This document shows positions 8,219 through 19,391 of a DNA stretch of 45,935 nt, piece after piece. Origin of the DNA: Rhodanobacteraceae bacterium (GTDB taxonomy: Bacteria > Pseudomonadota > Gammaproteobacteria > Xanthomonadales > Rhodanobacteraceae); assembly GCA_035545255.1 (NCBI GenBank), contig DASZYR010000165.1, positions 1 through 45,935 of the forward strand, read 5' to 3'. A model generated the notes under the pieces. It did not search any database, had not been told where the DNA came from, and saw only the letters and a list, made by a program, of their open reading frames with translations. Numbering within the stretch: the first letter of the stretch is position 1; each line of letters begins with the position of its first letter. The translations under genes and the position numbers were made by a program.

Positions 8219-9382
8219 ATGAAACGCATCCTTCTCGTTGCCGGTTCCGCGATCGCCCTCAATGGCGCTCTGGTGAACGGCGTCTTCGCCGCCGATCCGT
8301 CGCCGAAGATCGAAGCAACGCCCGACGCCGCGGCAAAAACCGAGGAAACGCGCAGGGAGCTTGCCGACCTGCGCGCGCAGATGCAGGAGCTCACGCGCAA
8401 GATGGCCGCGCTCTCGACCGAGCTCGGCGAAGGCGACCCGCGCTCGTACGCGTATCGCTATCTCGGAAATCCCGACAGCGCGATGATCGGTGTCGTGCTC
8501 GGCACGAGCGAAGGCCATGTGACCGTCGGCGCGATGACACCCGATGGTCCCGCGATGCGCGCGGGCCTTCGCGGCAGCGATGTCATCACGGCGATCGACC
8601 ACAAGCCGGTCGAAGGGAAAACCGCGATCGAAGCGGTCAGGAACGCGCGCGCGATGCTGCGCGATCTCAAGACCGGGCAGAACGTCACGATCGACTATCT
8701 TCGCGACGGCAGGAAGGCGTCGGTGACGTTCGCAGCCGAGCGCCGCGAAGCGCTCAACTGGCCGCTCGTGATGGGCGACGATCCCGAGCATCCGATGCTG
8801 CCGAAGGATTTCAGCGAGCGCGTCCGTGTCGAAGTCAGCGACGCAACGATGCGGGCCGCCCGCGCCTACGAGCGCGAGCAGGCGCGCATGGAGCTGCAGA
8901 CCGCCCGGGCGACGCGCAGCGCGATGAAGCAAGGTGCGCCGATGGTGCACGTGACCATGCCGTGGTGGGGCCTCAACCTCGCGCCGCTGAACGCCGATCT
9001 CGGCCGCTACTTCGGCGCCGACAAGGGCGTGCTCGTGATCGCGGCCGACGACGATTCGCTGCCCGGCATCAAGGCCGGCGACGTCATCACGAGCATCGCG
9101 GGCGAGACGGTCAACCGCCCCGAAGACGCACTGCGCGCGTTGCGCGATCAGGAGTCGGGCAAGGAAGTGCCGATCAAATTGCTGCGCGACAGAAAGACGC
9201 TTGCGCTCAACATGAAGGCGCCCGCGTTCAACTCGATCTTCAACCTGCGCGTCGCGCCCCCGGCACCCCCGGCACCACCAGCAACGCCGACGCCGCCTGC
9301 GGCACCTCCCGCACCCGCAGCGCCCGCCGCACCGGCCGCACCGCCCACACCACCCGCGGTCGCGGACGCGAACATCGACTGA
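8219..9382 (+). CDS. Exported two-PDZ-domain protein with a coiled coil and a Pro/Ala tail
   Basis: Signal peptide; PDZ motifs GPAMRAGLRGSDVITAID and GIKAGDVITSIAG; no recognisable protease domain. Confidence 0.85.
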   Translation: MKRILLVAGSAIALNGALVNGVFAADPSPKIEATPDAAAKTEETRRELADLRAQMQELTRKMAALSTELGEGDPRSYAYRYLGNPDSAMIGVVLGTSEGHVTVGAMTPDGPAMRAGLRGSDVITAIDHKPVEGKTAIEAVRNARAMLRDLKTGQNVTIDYLRDGRKASVTFAAERREALNWPLVMGDDPEHPMLPKDFSERVRVEVSDATMRAARAYEREQARMELQTARATRSAMKQGAPMVHVTMPWWGLNLAPLNADLGRYFGADKGVLVIAADDDSLPGIKAGDVITSIAGETVNRPEDALRALRDQESGKEVPIKLLRDRKTLALNMKAPAFNSIFNLRVAPPAPPAPPATPTPPAAPPAPAAPAAPAAPPTPPAVADANID

Positions 9383-9407
9383 GTCATTGTCCGAAGTCGC
9401 GCGTGTT

Positions 9408-9503
9408 CCCCCTCTCCCGCTTGCGGGAGAGGGTTGGGGTGAGGGCCGGCGTGGCAGCACGTTCGACGGTTGTTCGTCTCCCTTCTCTCCGCACGCGGGA
9501 AGG
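9408..9503. repeat. REP-like element (CCCTCTCCCGC..GCGGGAGAGGG family) between convergent genes
   Basis: CCCTCTCCCGCTTGCGGGAGAGGGTTGGGGTGAGGG plus a degenerate copy. Confidence 0.78.
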
Positions 9504-9509
9504 AACGCG

Positions 9510-11396
<1,887 letters not shown>

Positions 11397-11398
11397 CG

Positions 11399-12394
11399 CT
11401 ACGCCGCCTGCCGCGCGCGGCGGTCGCCGCTGCGCGCCGCGATCGCCTGCTCGACGATGCCGTAGTCCGCATCCGCGCGATGCGCTCGCTCGCTCAGCAT
11501 GCGCCGGAACGCGCGTGCGCCGGGCAAACCCTGATAGAGACCGAGAATGTGCCGGCTGATGTGCTGAAGGCGGTCGCCGCGCGCGAGATGCGCCTCGATG
11601 TACGGACGAAAGCGCGCGAGCACGTCGTCGCGATCCGGCAGCGGCGCTCCGTAAAGCGCATGCTCGACCTCGGCGAGCCGATACGGCTCGTGATACGCGG
11701 TGCGGCCGAGCATGACGCCGTCGACGCGGCGGAGGTGCGCATGGACGTCGTCGACGCTCGCGATGCCGCCGTTGACGACGATCGTGAGTTCGGGAAACTC
11801 GTCCTTCAGCCGATACACGCGCTCGTAGTCGAGCGGTGGCACCTCGCGGTTCTCCTTCGGCGAGAGCCCTTCGAGCCAGGCCTTGCGCGCGTGCACGACG
11901 AATACCGTGCAGCCGCTCGCGCGGACCGTCCCGACGAAGCGCGCGAGGTCGGCGTGCTCGTCCTGCTCGTCGACGCCGAGCCGGCACTTGACCGTGACCG
12001 GAACGCGCCGGTCGGATCCGGCAACCGACGCGCGCATCGCCGCGACGCAATCGGCGACGAGCGCGGGTTCGCGCATCAGGCACGCGCCGAAGCGTCCCGA
12101 CTGCACGCGATCCGACGGACAGCCGACATTGAGATTGATCTCGTCGTAACCGAGATCGGCGCCGATGCGAGCCGCAGCGGCAAGCTCGCGCGGCTCGGCG
12201 CCGCCGAGCTGCAGCGCGACCGGATGCTCGGCCGGATCGAAGCCGAGAAGGCGCGCGCGATCGCCGTGCAGCACTGCCGCCGCTGTGACCATCTCCGTAT
12301 AGAGGAGCGCGTGCGGCGACAGCAGGCGATGAAAGTAGCGGCAATGACGGTCCGTCCAGTCCATCATGGGTGCGACGGCGAAGATCTTGTTCAT
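11399..12394 (-). CDS. dusA: tRNA-dihydrouridine(20/20a) synthase DusA
   Basis: VAPMMDWTDRHCR, NLNVGCPSDRVQSGRFGACLM and LSPKENREVPPL motifs. Confidence 0.95.
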   Translation of the reverse strand: MNKIFAVAPMMDWTDRHCRYFHRLLSPHALLYTEMVTAAAVLHGDRARLLGFDPAEHPVALQLGGAEPRELAAAARIGADLGYDEINLNVGCPSDRVQSGRFGACLMREPALVADCVAAMRASVAGSDRRVPVTVKCRLGVDEQDEHADLARFVGTVRASGCTVFVVHARKAWLEGLSPKENREVPPLDYERVYRLKDEFPELTIVVNGGIASVDDVHAHLRRVDGVMLGRTAYHEPYRLAEVEHALYGAPLPDRDDVLARFRPYIEAHLARGDRLQHISRHILGLYQGLPGARAFRRMLSERAHRADADYGIVEQAIAARSGDRRARQAA

Positions 12395-12654
12395 GGATCC
12401 GTGTACAGGCGCACGCGGCGCGGCAAGATGGGGCCGGCGCCGTGTTTCGCAGGCGCGCGGCGAGCAGGCAAGCCGGATGCCGGAAGGCCGTTCAGATTCG
12501 GGGCTTCCATCGTATTCGACCCGGCACCCGTACGCCACGCGCCGGCGATCCTCGAGCGCAAATCGAGACGGGTTTCGCGATCGGCGATGTCCGCGGGCGT
12601 TCCGCTCCGTTCCGCCCGGATATACTGATTCCAGGGGACTCCGAGGGTTGTCGC

Positions 12655-13221
12655 ATGGTCGACCACGTCGCTTCGCTGATCGAAGCTGCGAACGACGGCG
12701 ATCCGCGCGCGCTGCAGGCGCTGTTCACCTACGTCTACGGCGAGCTCAAGATCCTCGCGCGCAAGCAGCTCGCGCGCTCGGGCTCGGCGACGTTGAACAC
12801 GACGGCGCTCGTGCACGAGGCGTATCTCAAGCTTTCGGGGCCGGAAGGACGCAGCCTGCACGGGCGCGTGCATTTCTTCGCGCTCGCCGCGAAAGCCATG
12901 CGCCAGATCGTGATGGATCACGCGCGCGCGCGCCTCACCGGCAAGCGCGGCGGCGGCGAGCTCGATTTCGTCGATCTCGAAGACGCGTTCGACGTCGCCG
13001 ACGGCAAGCTGTCTCCGGACGACCTCGTCGTCATCGATCGCGCCCTGACGCTGCTCGCCGAGGACGAGCCGGAGCTCGCCGATCTCGTCGAGCTCCGGTT
13101 CTTCGGCGGCCTCGCGCTGCCGGAGATCGCACTGCTCCGGGACGTCAGCGAGCGCACGCTGAGCCGGGACTGGCGGCGCGCAAAGGCGCAGCTCTACGTG
13201 CAGCTGCATCCCGACGCGTGA
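12655..13221 (+). CDS. Kinase-associated ECF sigma factor (EcfK/ECF43-like)
   Basis: TLNTTALVHEAYLKL replaces the canonical DAED region; AMRQIVMDHAR, VELRFFGGL and RDWRRAKA motifs; a Ser/Thr kinase gene follows. Confidence 0.9.
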   Translation: MVDHVASLIEAANDGDPRALQALFTYVYGELKILARKQLARSGSATLNTTALVHEAYLKLSGPEGRSLHGRVHFFALAAKAMRQIVMDHARARLTGKRGGGELDFVDLEDAFDVADGKLSPDDLVVIDRALTLLAEDEPELADLVELRFFGGLALPEIALLRDVSERTLSRDWRRAKAQLYVQLHPDA

Positions 13222-13324
13222 GCCGGCCAATGCGAGCGACGGGATCGATCGGCGGACGCATCTTGCGAACGCCACCGATGCATTCCCGGCCCGAACTCGC
13301 AGCCGGGCAACCGGAAACACGGGA

Positions 13325-16237
13325 ATGAGCCGCGAGCGCGTCCGCGAGCTGTTCTCGCAGGCGATCGACCTGCCTGCCGGCCAGCGCTCGGCCTGGCTCG
13401 AGGCGCAATGCGAAGGCGACGAGGAACTTCGCGCCAAGGTCGAGCAGCTGCTGCGCGCCGACGCCAAGGCGCACGATTTCCTCGAACGCGGGCCCGCATC
13501 GATCGCCGATGCCGCGGTCGCGGCTGCCGCCCGCGCCGCGCCGGGATCGTTCGGCGTCTATCGCGTCCTGCGCTCGATCGGCGAAGGCGGCATGGGCGAG
13601 GTCTGGCTTGCCGAGCGCGGCGACGGCGAGTTCGAGCAGCGCGTCGCGATCAAGCGCATCGCCTATCCGACGCCGGGGCTCCTGCAGCGATTCCGCCAGG
13701 AACGCCAGATTCTCGCGCGGCTCGAGCATCCGTACATCGCGCGCCTGATCGACGGCGGCATCGACGCCGACGGCGTCCCGTACCTCGCGATGGAATACGT
13801 CGAGGGCGTGCCGATCACCGAGCACGTCCGCGATCGCGCGCTCGATATCGCCGCGCGATTGCGCTTGTTCCTTTGCGTGTGCGAAGCCGTGCAGTACGCG
13901 CACCAGAACCTGATCGTGCATCGCGATCTCAAGCCGTCGAACATCTTCGTCGCGACCGACGGTGCGCCGAAACTGCTCGATTTCGGCATCGCGAAGGTGC
14001 TGACGGCGACGGAGACCGGCGACGCGACGCAAACCGTCGCGCGCCTCCTGACGCCGGACTATGCCGCGCCCGAGCAGTTCACCGGCGGCGCGATCACGAC
14101 CGCCACCGACGTGTACGCGCTCGGCGTCGTGCTGTACGAGCTGCTCGCCGGAACGCGTCCGTGGCGCGTGGCGGCGGGCGAAGCCATGATGATGGCGACG
14201 CTCCGGAACGATCCGCCGCCGCCGAGCGCGGCGATCGATCGCAGCAGCGACGGCGCGGCCGTGCGGCGACGCCTGTTGCGCGGCGATCTCGACCGCATCG
14301 CGCTGACCGCGATGGCGAAGGAACCGGGCCGCCGCTATCCGTCCGCCGAAGCGCTCGCGGCCGACGTGCGGCGCCATCTCGAAGGCCGTCCGGTCGTCGC
14401 GCGGGGCGACAGCGCGCTGTACCGGCTCGGCAAGTTCGCGCGGCGCAATCGTTTCGCGCTTGCGGCTGCAGCGATCGCGATCGCCGTCTGCGTTGCGGCA
14501 ACCGTCGTCAGCCTGCGCCAGGCCTGGCGCGCGAACCAGCAGGCCGCGCGCGCGGAAGTCGCGCGTCAATTCCTGGTCGGCGTCTTCGAGCAGGCGAGTC
14601 CCGAGGAGAATCGCGGCAAGCCGATGACCGCGCACGAGCTGCTCGAAAAGGGCGAGCGGCGGCTCGCGGGCCCGCTCGTGACGCAACCCGCGACGCGCGC
14701 GGACCTCACCGGCCTCATCGGCGGCCTCTACTGGAATCTCGGCGACTACGCGCGCGCCGAGCCGCTCCTGAAGGAAGCGCTGTCGCTGACCGGCGAGCGC
14801 GCAGTGCCCGACGAGGTGAAGGCGCGCAATCTCGTCACGGCCGCATCGATCGCAGCCGAACGCAGCAGCATCGACGAAGCGATCCGGCATGCCGGGGATG
14901 CGCTCCGCTACGCCGAGCGCGCGGGCTCGATCGCGGCGCCGGAGCGCTCCGACGCGCGACGCGTGCTCGCGCAGGCGCTGGTCGAGAAAGGCGACGCGGC
15001 GCGTGCCGAAACGGATTTGCGCGAAGTCCTGGCCGACGACGTCGTCCGCTACGGCGAGGAAAGCCTGGCCGCCGCGCAGGACTGGGCGCTGCTCGGCCAC
15101 GCGCTCGACGAGCTTTCGCGCTATGCCGAATCGGTGGAAGCCTTCCGGAAAGCGCTCGCGCTCGATCGTCGCCTGCGCGGCGAGCGCAGCGCGACGATCA
15201 GCCAGGATCTCAACGATCTCGGCCTCGCGCTCTCGCACAAGGGCGACTACGCCGCGGCCGAGACCGTGTTCGCCGAAGCGCTCGACATCAAGACCGAGGT
15301 CTACGGCGACGCGCATCGCGAGACCCTCGTCGCGCGCGCGAATCTCTACATGGCAGAGGAAAAGCAGGGCCGCTACGAGGAAGGCCTGCACGGCCGCCTG
15401 CAGCTGCTCGAAGATCAGGCGAAGGTGCTCGGCGACACGCATCCGGACGAGCTGGCGCGCTCGCACAACATGATCGGCCTCGACTTCATCATGCTCGGCC
15501 GCCCGGTCGAAGCCGAGGCCGCGCTGCGCCGGTCGGTCGCGCTCTGGCGCACGGTGCAGGCAGCCGATTCGGAGGTCGACGCAGCCGGTCCGCTCGGCAA
15601 CCTCGCGTTCGCGCTGCGCATGCAGGGCCGCTTCGCCGATGCCGAAGACGCGTTGCGCGAAGTCATCGCGATCGAACGCAAGCACTACGAGCCGTCCTCG
15701 GAATGGCTGAATCAGGATCGCGGCTTCCTCGGCGACCTGCTGCGGCTCCAGCACCGCTACCCCGAAGCGCTGCGCGAGCTTCGCGAGGCGATCGCCGCGG
15801 TGAAGTCGGCGGTTTCCGACGCCGACCCCGTGCTCGCCAAACTCGAGGCGCAGTTGAGCGAGGCCGAGCTCGATGCGGGCGAGCCTGCGCAGGCACACGA
15901 GACCGCGACGACGGCGCTCGCCGCCGCGCGCACCGCGTTGCCGTCGCGCAACATCGGTCTCGGCCAGCCGCTGTTCGCCCTGGCGCGCGCCGAACTTGCG
16001 CTCGAGCACGCCGGCGTAGCCGAGCCGCTGCTGCGCGAGGCACTGGCCGTCCGAAGCCCGCCGCTGCGCGCGGACGACCTGCGCGTGCTCGAGGTCAAGG
16101 CGTCGCTCGCGCTCGCCCTCGCGATGCTGGGCCGCGACGACGAGTCGCGCGCGCTGCGCGGCGAGATCGAGCCGTTGCTGAAGGCATCGCCTTCGCCTTA
16201 CGCCAGGGACCTGATCGAGCGCTTCGCCGCGCGTTGA
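13325..16237 (+). CDS. Membrane Hanks-type Ser/Thr protein kinase with C-terminal TPR array
   Basis: IGEGGMGEV, VAIK, HRDLKPSN, DFG and TPDYAAPEQ motifs; a TM helix; then repeated TPR-like helices. Confidence 0.95.
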   Translation: MSRERVRELFSQAIDLPAGQRSAWLEAQCEGDEELRAKVEQLLRADAKAHDFLERGPASIADAAVAAAARAAPGSFGVYRVLRSIGEGGMGEVWLAERGDGEFEQRVAIKRIAYPTPGLLQRFRQERQILARLEHPYIARLIDGGIDADGVPYLAMEYVEGVPITEHVRDRALDIAARLRLFLCVCEAVQYAHQNLIVHRDLKPSNIFVATDGAPKLLDFGIAKVLTATETGDATQTVARLLTPDYAAPEQFTGGAITTATDVYALGVVLYELLAGTRPWRVAAGEAMMMATLRNDPPPPSAAIDRSSDGAAVRRRLLRGDLDRIALTAMAKEPGRRYPSAEALAADVRRHLEGRPVVARGDSALYRLGKFARRNRFALAAAAIAIAVCVAATVVSLRQAWRANQQAARAEVARQFLVGVFEQASPEENRGKPMTAHELLEKGERRLAGPLVTQPATRADLTGLIGGLYWNLGDYARAEPLLKEALSLTGERAVPDEVKARNLVTAASIAAERSSIDEAIRHAGDALRYAERAGSIAAPERSDARRVLAQALVEKGDAARAETDLREVLADDVVRYGEESLAAAQDWALLGHALDELSRYAESVEAFRKALALDRRLRGERSATISQDLNDLGLALSHKGDYAAAETVFAEALDIKTEVYGDAHRETLVARANLYMAEEKQGRYEEGLHGRLQLLEDQAKVLGDTHPDELARSHNMIGLDFIMLGRPVEAEAALRRSVALWRTVQAADSEVDAAGPLGNLAFALRMQGRFADAEDALREVIAIERKHYEPSSEWLNQDRGFLGDLLRLQHRYPEALRELREAIAAVKSAVSDADPVLAKLEAQLSEAELDAGEPAQAHETATTALAAARTALPSRNIGLGQPLFALARAELALEHAGVAEPLLREALAVRSPPLRADDLRVLEVKASLALALAMLGRDDESRALRGEIEPLLKASPSPYARDLIERFAAR

Positions 16238-16548
16238 GCGTCGGGCCTGCGCCTCGAGCGCTCGCGCTTCGCCGCAGGTTCCGCAAATGGCGGGGTTTCC
16301 CCCTGATCGGCGTATGTCCCTATGGGAGGAGGGGTTCCCTCATCAGGCATGCGGAAGGTCACGGCGCGCCGGACGGATCGATCCCTTCGAGCGAGGGTCA
16401 TCACCGGACAACGTCCACGCGCGAAGTCGGCATGCGCCGCGCGTGTGCGATCCCCGGAGCGACGCGGCGGGCCGGGCTTTCCGATGTCAGCTTGAGCCGT
16501 AATCCTGCGTATGCAGCAATGAGCAACAGAAAAAATGGGGAGCACACG

Positions 16549-18639
16549 ATGCATCGCGGATACGGAGTCATCTTCGGCTGCACGATCGCCGCGAGCGCCG
16601 CCGCGCAGGATCTCGCGATCTACGACGAGGCGCTGCGCAACGGATTCGTCGGCGACTATTCCTACGGCGGCGGCTCGGATTTCGGGAGCACGGCCGAGGC
16701 GCACGGCGGCACGCATTCGGTCGCGTTCACCGGCAACGACTTCAACGCGGTGTCGTTCACGAATCCGGACCAGACCTTTGCGCTGTCGCAGTATCCGAAG
16801 CTGCATTTCTGGATCCACGGCGGCACGACCGGCGGGCAGTCGCTCGAGATCTTTGCGTGTACCGACGAAACCGCGACGACCTGCGCCGATGCGCCGCTCG
16901 ACGGCTTCATCGCCGGCGGCTCGATCGCCGCGAACCAGTGGCGAGAAGTCACGGTGCCGTTGACACAACCGCCGCTCTCGCTCGGCGGTGCGATCGGACG
17001 CATCGATCTCCAGAACCAGACGACTCCCGGCGCGCAGCCCACGCTCTACATCGACGACATGAGCCTCGTCCGATCCGGCGGTGGCGGCGGCGATGCGATC
17101 TTCGCGGACGGATTCGACACGCCGTCGGCCGCGAACCTCCTCGTCGACGAGCACGACGTTCAGGCCGGCGGCATGACCAGCGACCGCTTCACCTGGAGCG
17201 ACGCGGCCGGCCAGCCGCGCGTCGCCGTACTCGCGCACAACGACGCCGGCACCGGACCCGGCGGCACGCACGGCGGCGAGCTGCGCGAATTCCGCTATCA
17301 GGTGGGCGGTTCGACGCGCGTCGTGCGCGCATCGTCGAGCGGCGCGGCCGGCTTCGGCTACGTCGTCTCGCATCCGATCAGCGAGGACATCTGCACGCCT
17401 GGCCACGGCGATGCTTCGGCGCTCGGCCACCTCTTTGCCGGTACGTGGACGCGCGTCTTCGAAGGACGCCATCACGCGATCTTCCGCTTCCGCACGACGT
17501 ATCCGCGCTATTGCACGACGAGCGCGCCCGCGGCCGAGTACGACGTGCCGGTCACGATCGACTGGATGTTCTCGACCGGCCGCGATCACCCGCTGTGGGC
17601 CGTGACCTGGGATCTCTCGTCCGCGCCGGCCGACGCGCTCGAAGACGATTCACGCGCGCCGTACGGCGAGCTCCTGTTCGACGGCAGCGCAAGCGAAGGC
17701 GAGCACGCCGTCGTCGCGGGCGTCGGCTGGGGCGACCGCTACAAGTTCGCTTCGACGTCGAATCCGGTGACGTACGACAGCGCGTGGACGTGGAACGTCC
17801 AGAACACGATCCCGTACGTGAAGCTGTGGACGACCGACAGCAACGCGACGATGGGCACCGTCCAGACGCAGACGATCGTGCAGCAGGACGCCGGCGGCTA
17901 CTTCGGCACCGACCGCTGGAACACGACGAGCGCCGATGGCAACGCGTGCGAGGCCGGCAACGACGGCGCCAGCGCGCACTCGATGCCGTGCAGCTTCAAC
18001 TGGCCGTACCAGTCGATCAACTACTCGATGGGCGAAGTCATCGGCGAGAGCAACTCGACGCCGACGAACAACACGCGTCTCGCCTGGGGCACCGAGTTCG
18101 GTTTCCTCGGCCAAAGCGCGTACCACATCCACGGCAGCGAATACTGGGGCGGACCCTTGCCCGATGCGACCGCGCCGGGATGGCCGAAGAAGAGCTACTC
18201 GGTGCACGTCGTGCTCGGCACGCACGCGAACGATCCCGTCGACGCGGAAGTCGCGGAGATCGAGACCGTGCAGACGCTCGTGCTGTCCGCCGCGCACGGC
18301 AGCGTCGCGACGAGCGGCCCTGCCGGCGTCAATCGCGGCGACACCGTGACATACGCGCCGCCCGGCTACGACCACGTCTACGGCACACTCGCGTTCGTCG
18401 CGAGCGGCAATGCGCTCGATGCGACGATCGCCGTCGGTGCGGGGCGCACGCTGCATCATCCGATCGTCGTCGTGCGCGGTTTCGCCGGCGGGAGCTACCC
18501 GCAAGTGCGCCTCGACGGAGCGCCGCTGACGATGGACGCCGATTACTTTCCGTCGCTGCGCTCCGACGCGCAGGAACTCTGGATCACGCTCGGCGCGAAC
18601 CTCGGCGGCGGGTCGCATCGTCTCGAGGTCGTGCCGTAG
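16549..18639 (+). CDS. Secreted 696-aa protein: CBM-like beta-sandwich, DAIFADGFD motif, unknown C-terminal domain
   Basis: GGGGAG RBS and a signal peptide ending AAA-QD. LHFWIHGG, WREVTVPL and YIDDMSL resemble galactose-binding-like CBMs. The upstream part of the 1743-aa ORF is a shadow of the kinase. Confidence 0.8.
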   Translation: MHRGYGVIFGCTIAASAAAQDLAIYDEALRNGFVGDYSYGGGSDFGSTAEAHGGTHSVAFTGNDFNAVSFTNPDQTFALSQYPKLHFWIHGGTTGGQSLEIFACTDETATTCADAPLDGFIAGGSIAANQWREVTVPLTQPPLSLGGAIGRIDLQNQTTPGAQPTLYIDDMSLVRSGGGGGDAIFADGFDTPSAANLLVDEHDVQAGGMTSDRFTWSDAAGQPRVAVLAHNDAGTGPGGTHGGELREFRYQVGGSTRVVRASSSGAAGFGYVVSHPISEDICTPGHGDASALGHLFAGTWTRVFEGRHHAIFRFRTTYPRYCTTSAPAAEYDVPVTIDWMFSTGRDHPLWAVTWDLSSAPADALEDDSRAPYGELLFDGSASEGEHAVVAGVGWGDRYKFASTSNPVTYDSAWTWNVQNTIPYVKLWTTDSNATMGTVQTQTIVQQDAGGYFGTDRWNTTSADGNACEAGNDGASAHSMPCSFNWPYQSINYSMGEVIGESNSTPTNNTRLAWGTEFGFLGQSAYHIHGSEYWGGPLPDATAPGWPKKSYSVHVVLGTHANDPVDAEVAEIETVQTLVLSAAHGSVATSGPAGVNRGDTVTYAPPGYDHVYGTLAFVASGNALDATIAVGAGRTLHHPIVVVRGFAGGSYPQVRLDGAPLTMDADYFPSLRSDAQELWITLGANLGGGSHRLEVVP

Positions 18640-18743
18640 AGGTCGACGTCGTGCCGCGCGAGGCGGCTGTCTCTCCGGCATCCGGCTAACCCCGCGCGCC
18701 GCGCTCGGCCGTTCGAGTCTCTGCCGGAAGACGGGAGAGACCG

Positions 18744-19391
18744 ATGACAAACGAGACGCTTGCGCCCGCGCGCGCGCTGGACTGGCTTCGCGTCGGCGCG
18801 CTCAGCGGCAGTTTTGCCGCGCATGCCGTGATCCTGCTGCTCGCCGCGCTGCCGATGACGGTGCCGTCGACGCGGCCGATCGCGAAGGAGATCGTCGCGC
18901 GCTGGATCGAGACACCGCCGCCCGAGATCCTTCCGGAACCCCCGCCGCCGGAGCCGCCGCCGCGCCATGCTCCGCGTGCGACGCCGGCATCGGCCTCGCC
19001 CACGCCGGTTCCCGCGGCAGCCGCGGCGCCGGCGCCGATCGACGACGCCACGGTTCCGACGGTTCCTATGGCGAGCAGTTCATCGTCGGTCCCGGACATC
19101 GATACCGGCGGCGCGACGCAAGCGCTCGCCTACGCATCGCCGATGCGTCCGCGCTATCCGCCGGCTTCGGTGCGCGCGCGCGAGCAGGGCATCGTGACGC
19201 TGCGCGTGCTCGTCGACGCGAGCGGCTCGCCGCAACGCGTCGAGATCGCGCGAAGCTCGGGACATGCGCGGCTCGACGCGGCTGCGAAGGAGAGCGTCGA
19301 GCGCGCGCGCTTTCGTCCGGTCGTGCAGGACGGCGTCGCGATTTCCGCGTGGGGCATCGTGCCGATCGCGTTCCGGCTCGATCGCGGATGA
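18744..19391 (+). CDS. tonB: Energy transducer TonB
   Basis: TM helix with S/H, Pro-rich spacer, and C-terminal domain (PRYP, QGIVTLRVLVD, SSGHARLDAAA). Confidence 0.9.
   Translation: MTNETLAPARALDWLRVGALSGSFAAHAVILLLAALPMTVPSTRPIAKEIVARWIETPPPEILPEPPPPEPPPRHAPRATPASASPTPVPAAAAAPAPIDDATVPTVPMASSSSSVPDIDTGGATQALAYASPMRPRYPPASVRAREQGIVTLRVLVDASGSPQRVEIARSSGHARLDAAAKESVERARFRPVVQDGVAISAWGIVPIAFRLDRG

Noticed and set aside
16287-16502. Small ORFs in the spacer between the kinase and the secreted-protein gene
   Set aside because: No recognisable motifs or convincing RBS; such ORFs are expected by chance at high GC.
13408-16548. 1743-aa giant ORF, or a kinase read-through/frameshift fusion
   Set aside because: The first 1047 codons are low-complexity Arg/Ala shadow of the kinase, and the downstream gene has its own RBS and signal peptide at 16549.
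12395-18639. dusA-associated genomic island
   Set aside because: The block abuts the dusA 5' end, but I see no integrase, no duplicated dusA fragment and no evident compositional shift.
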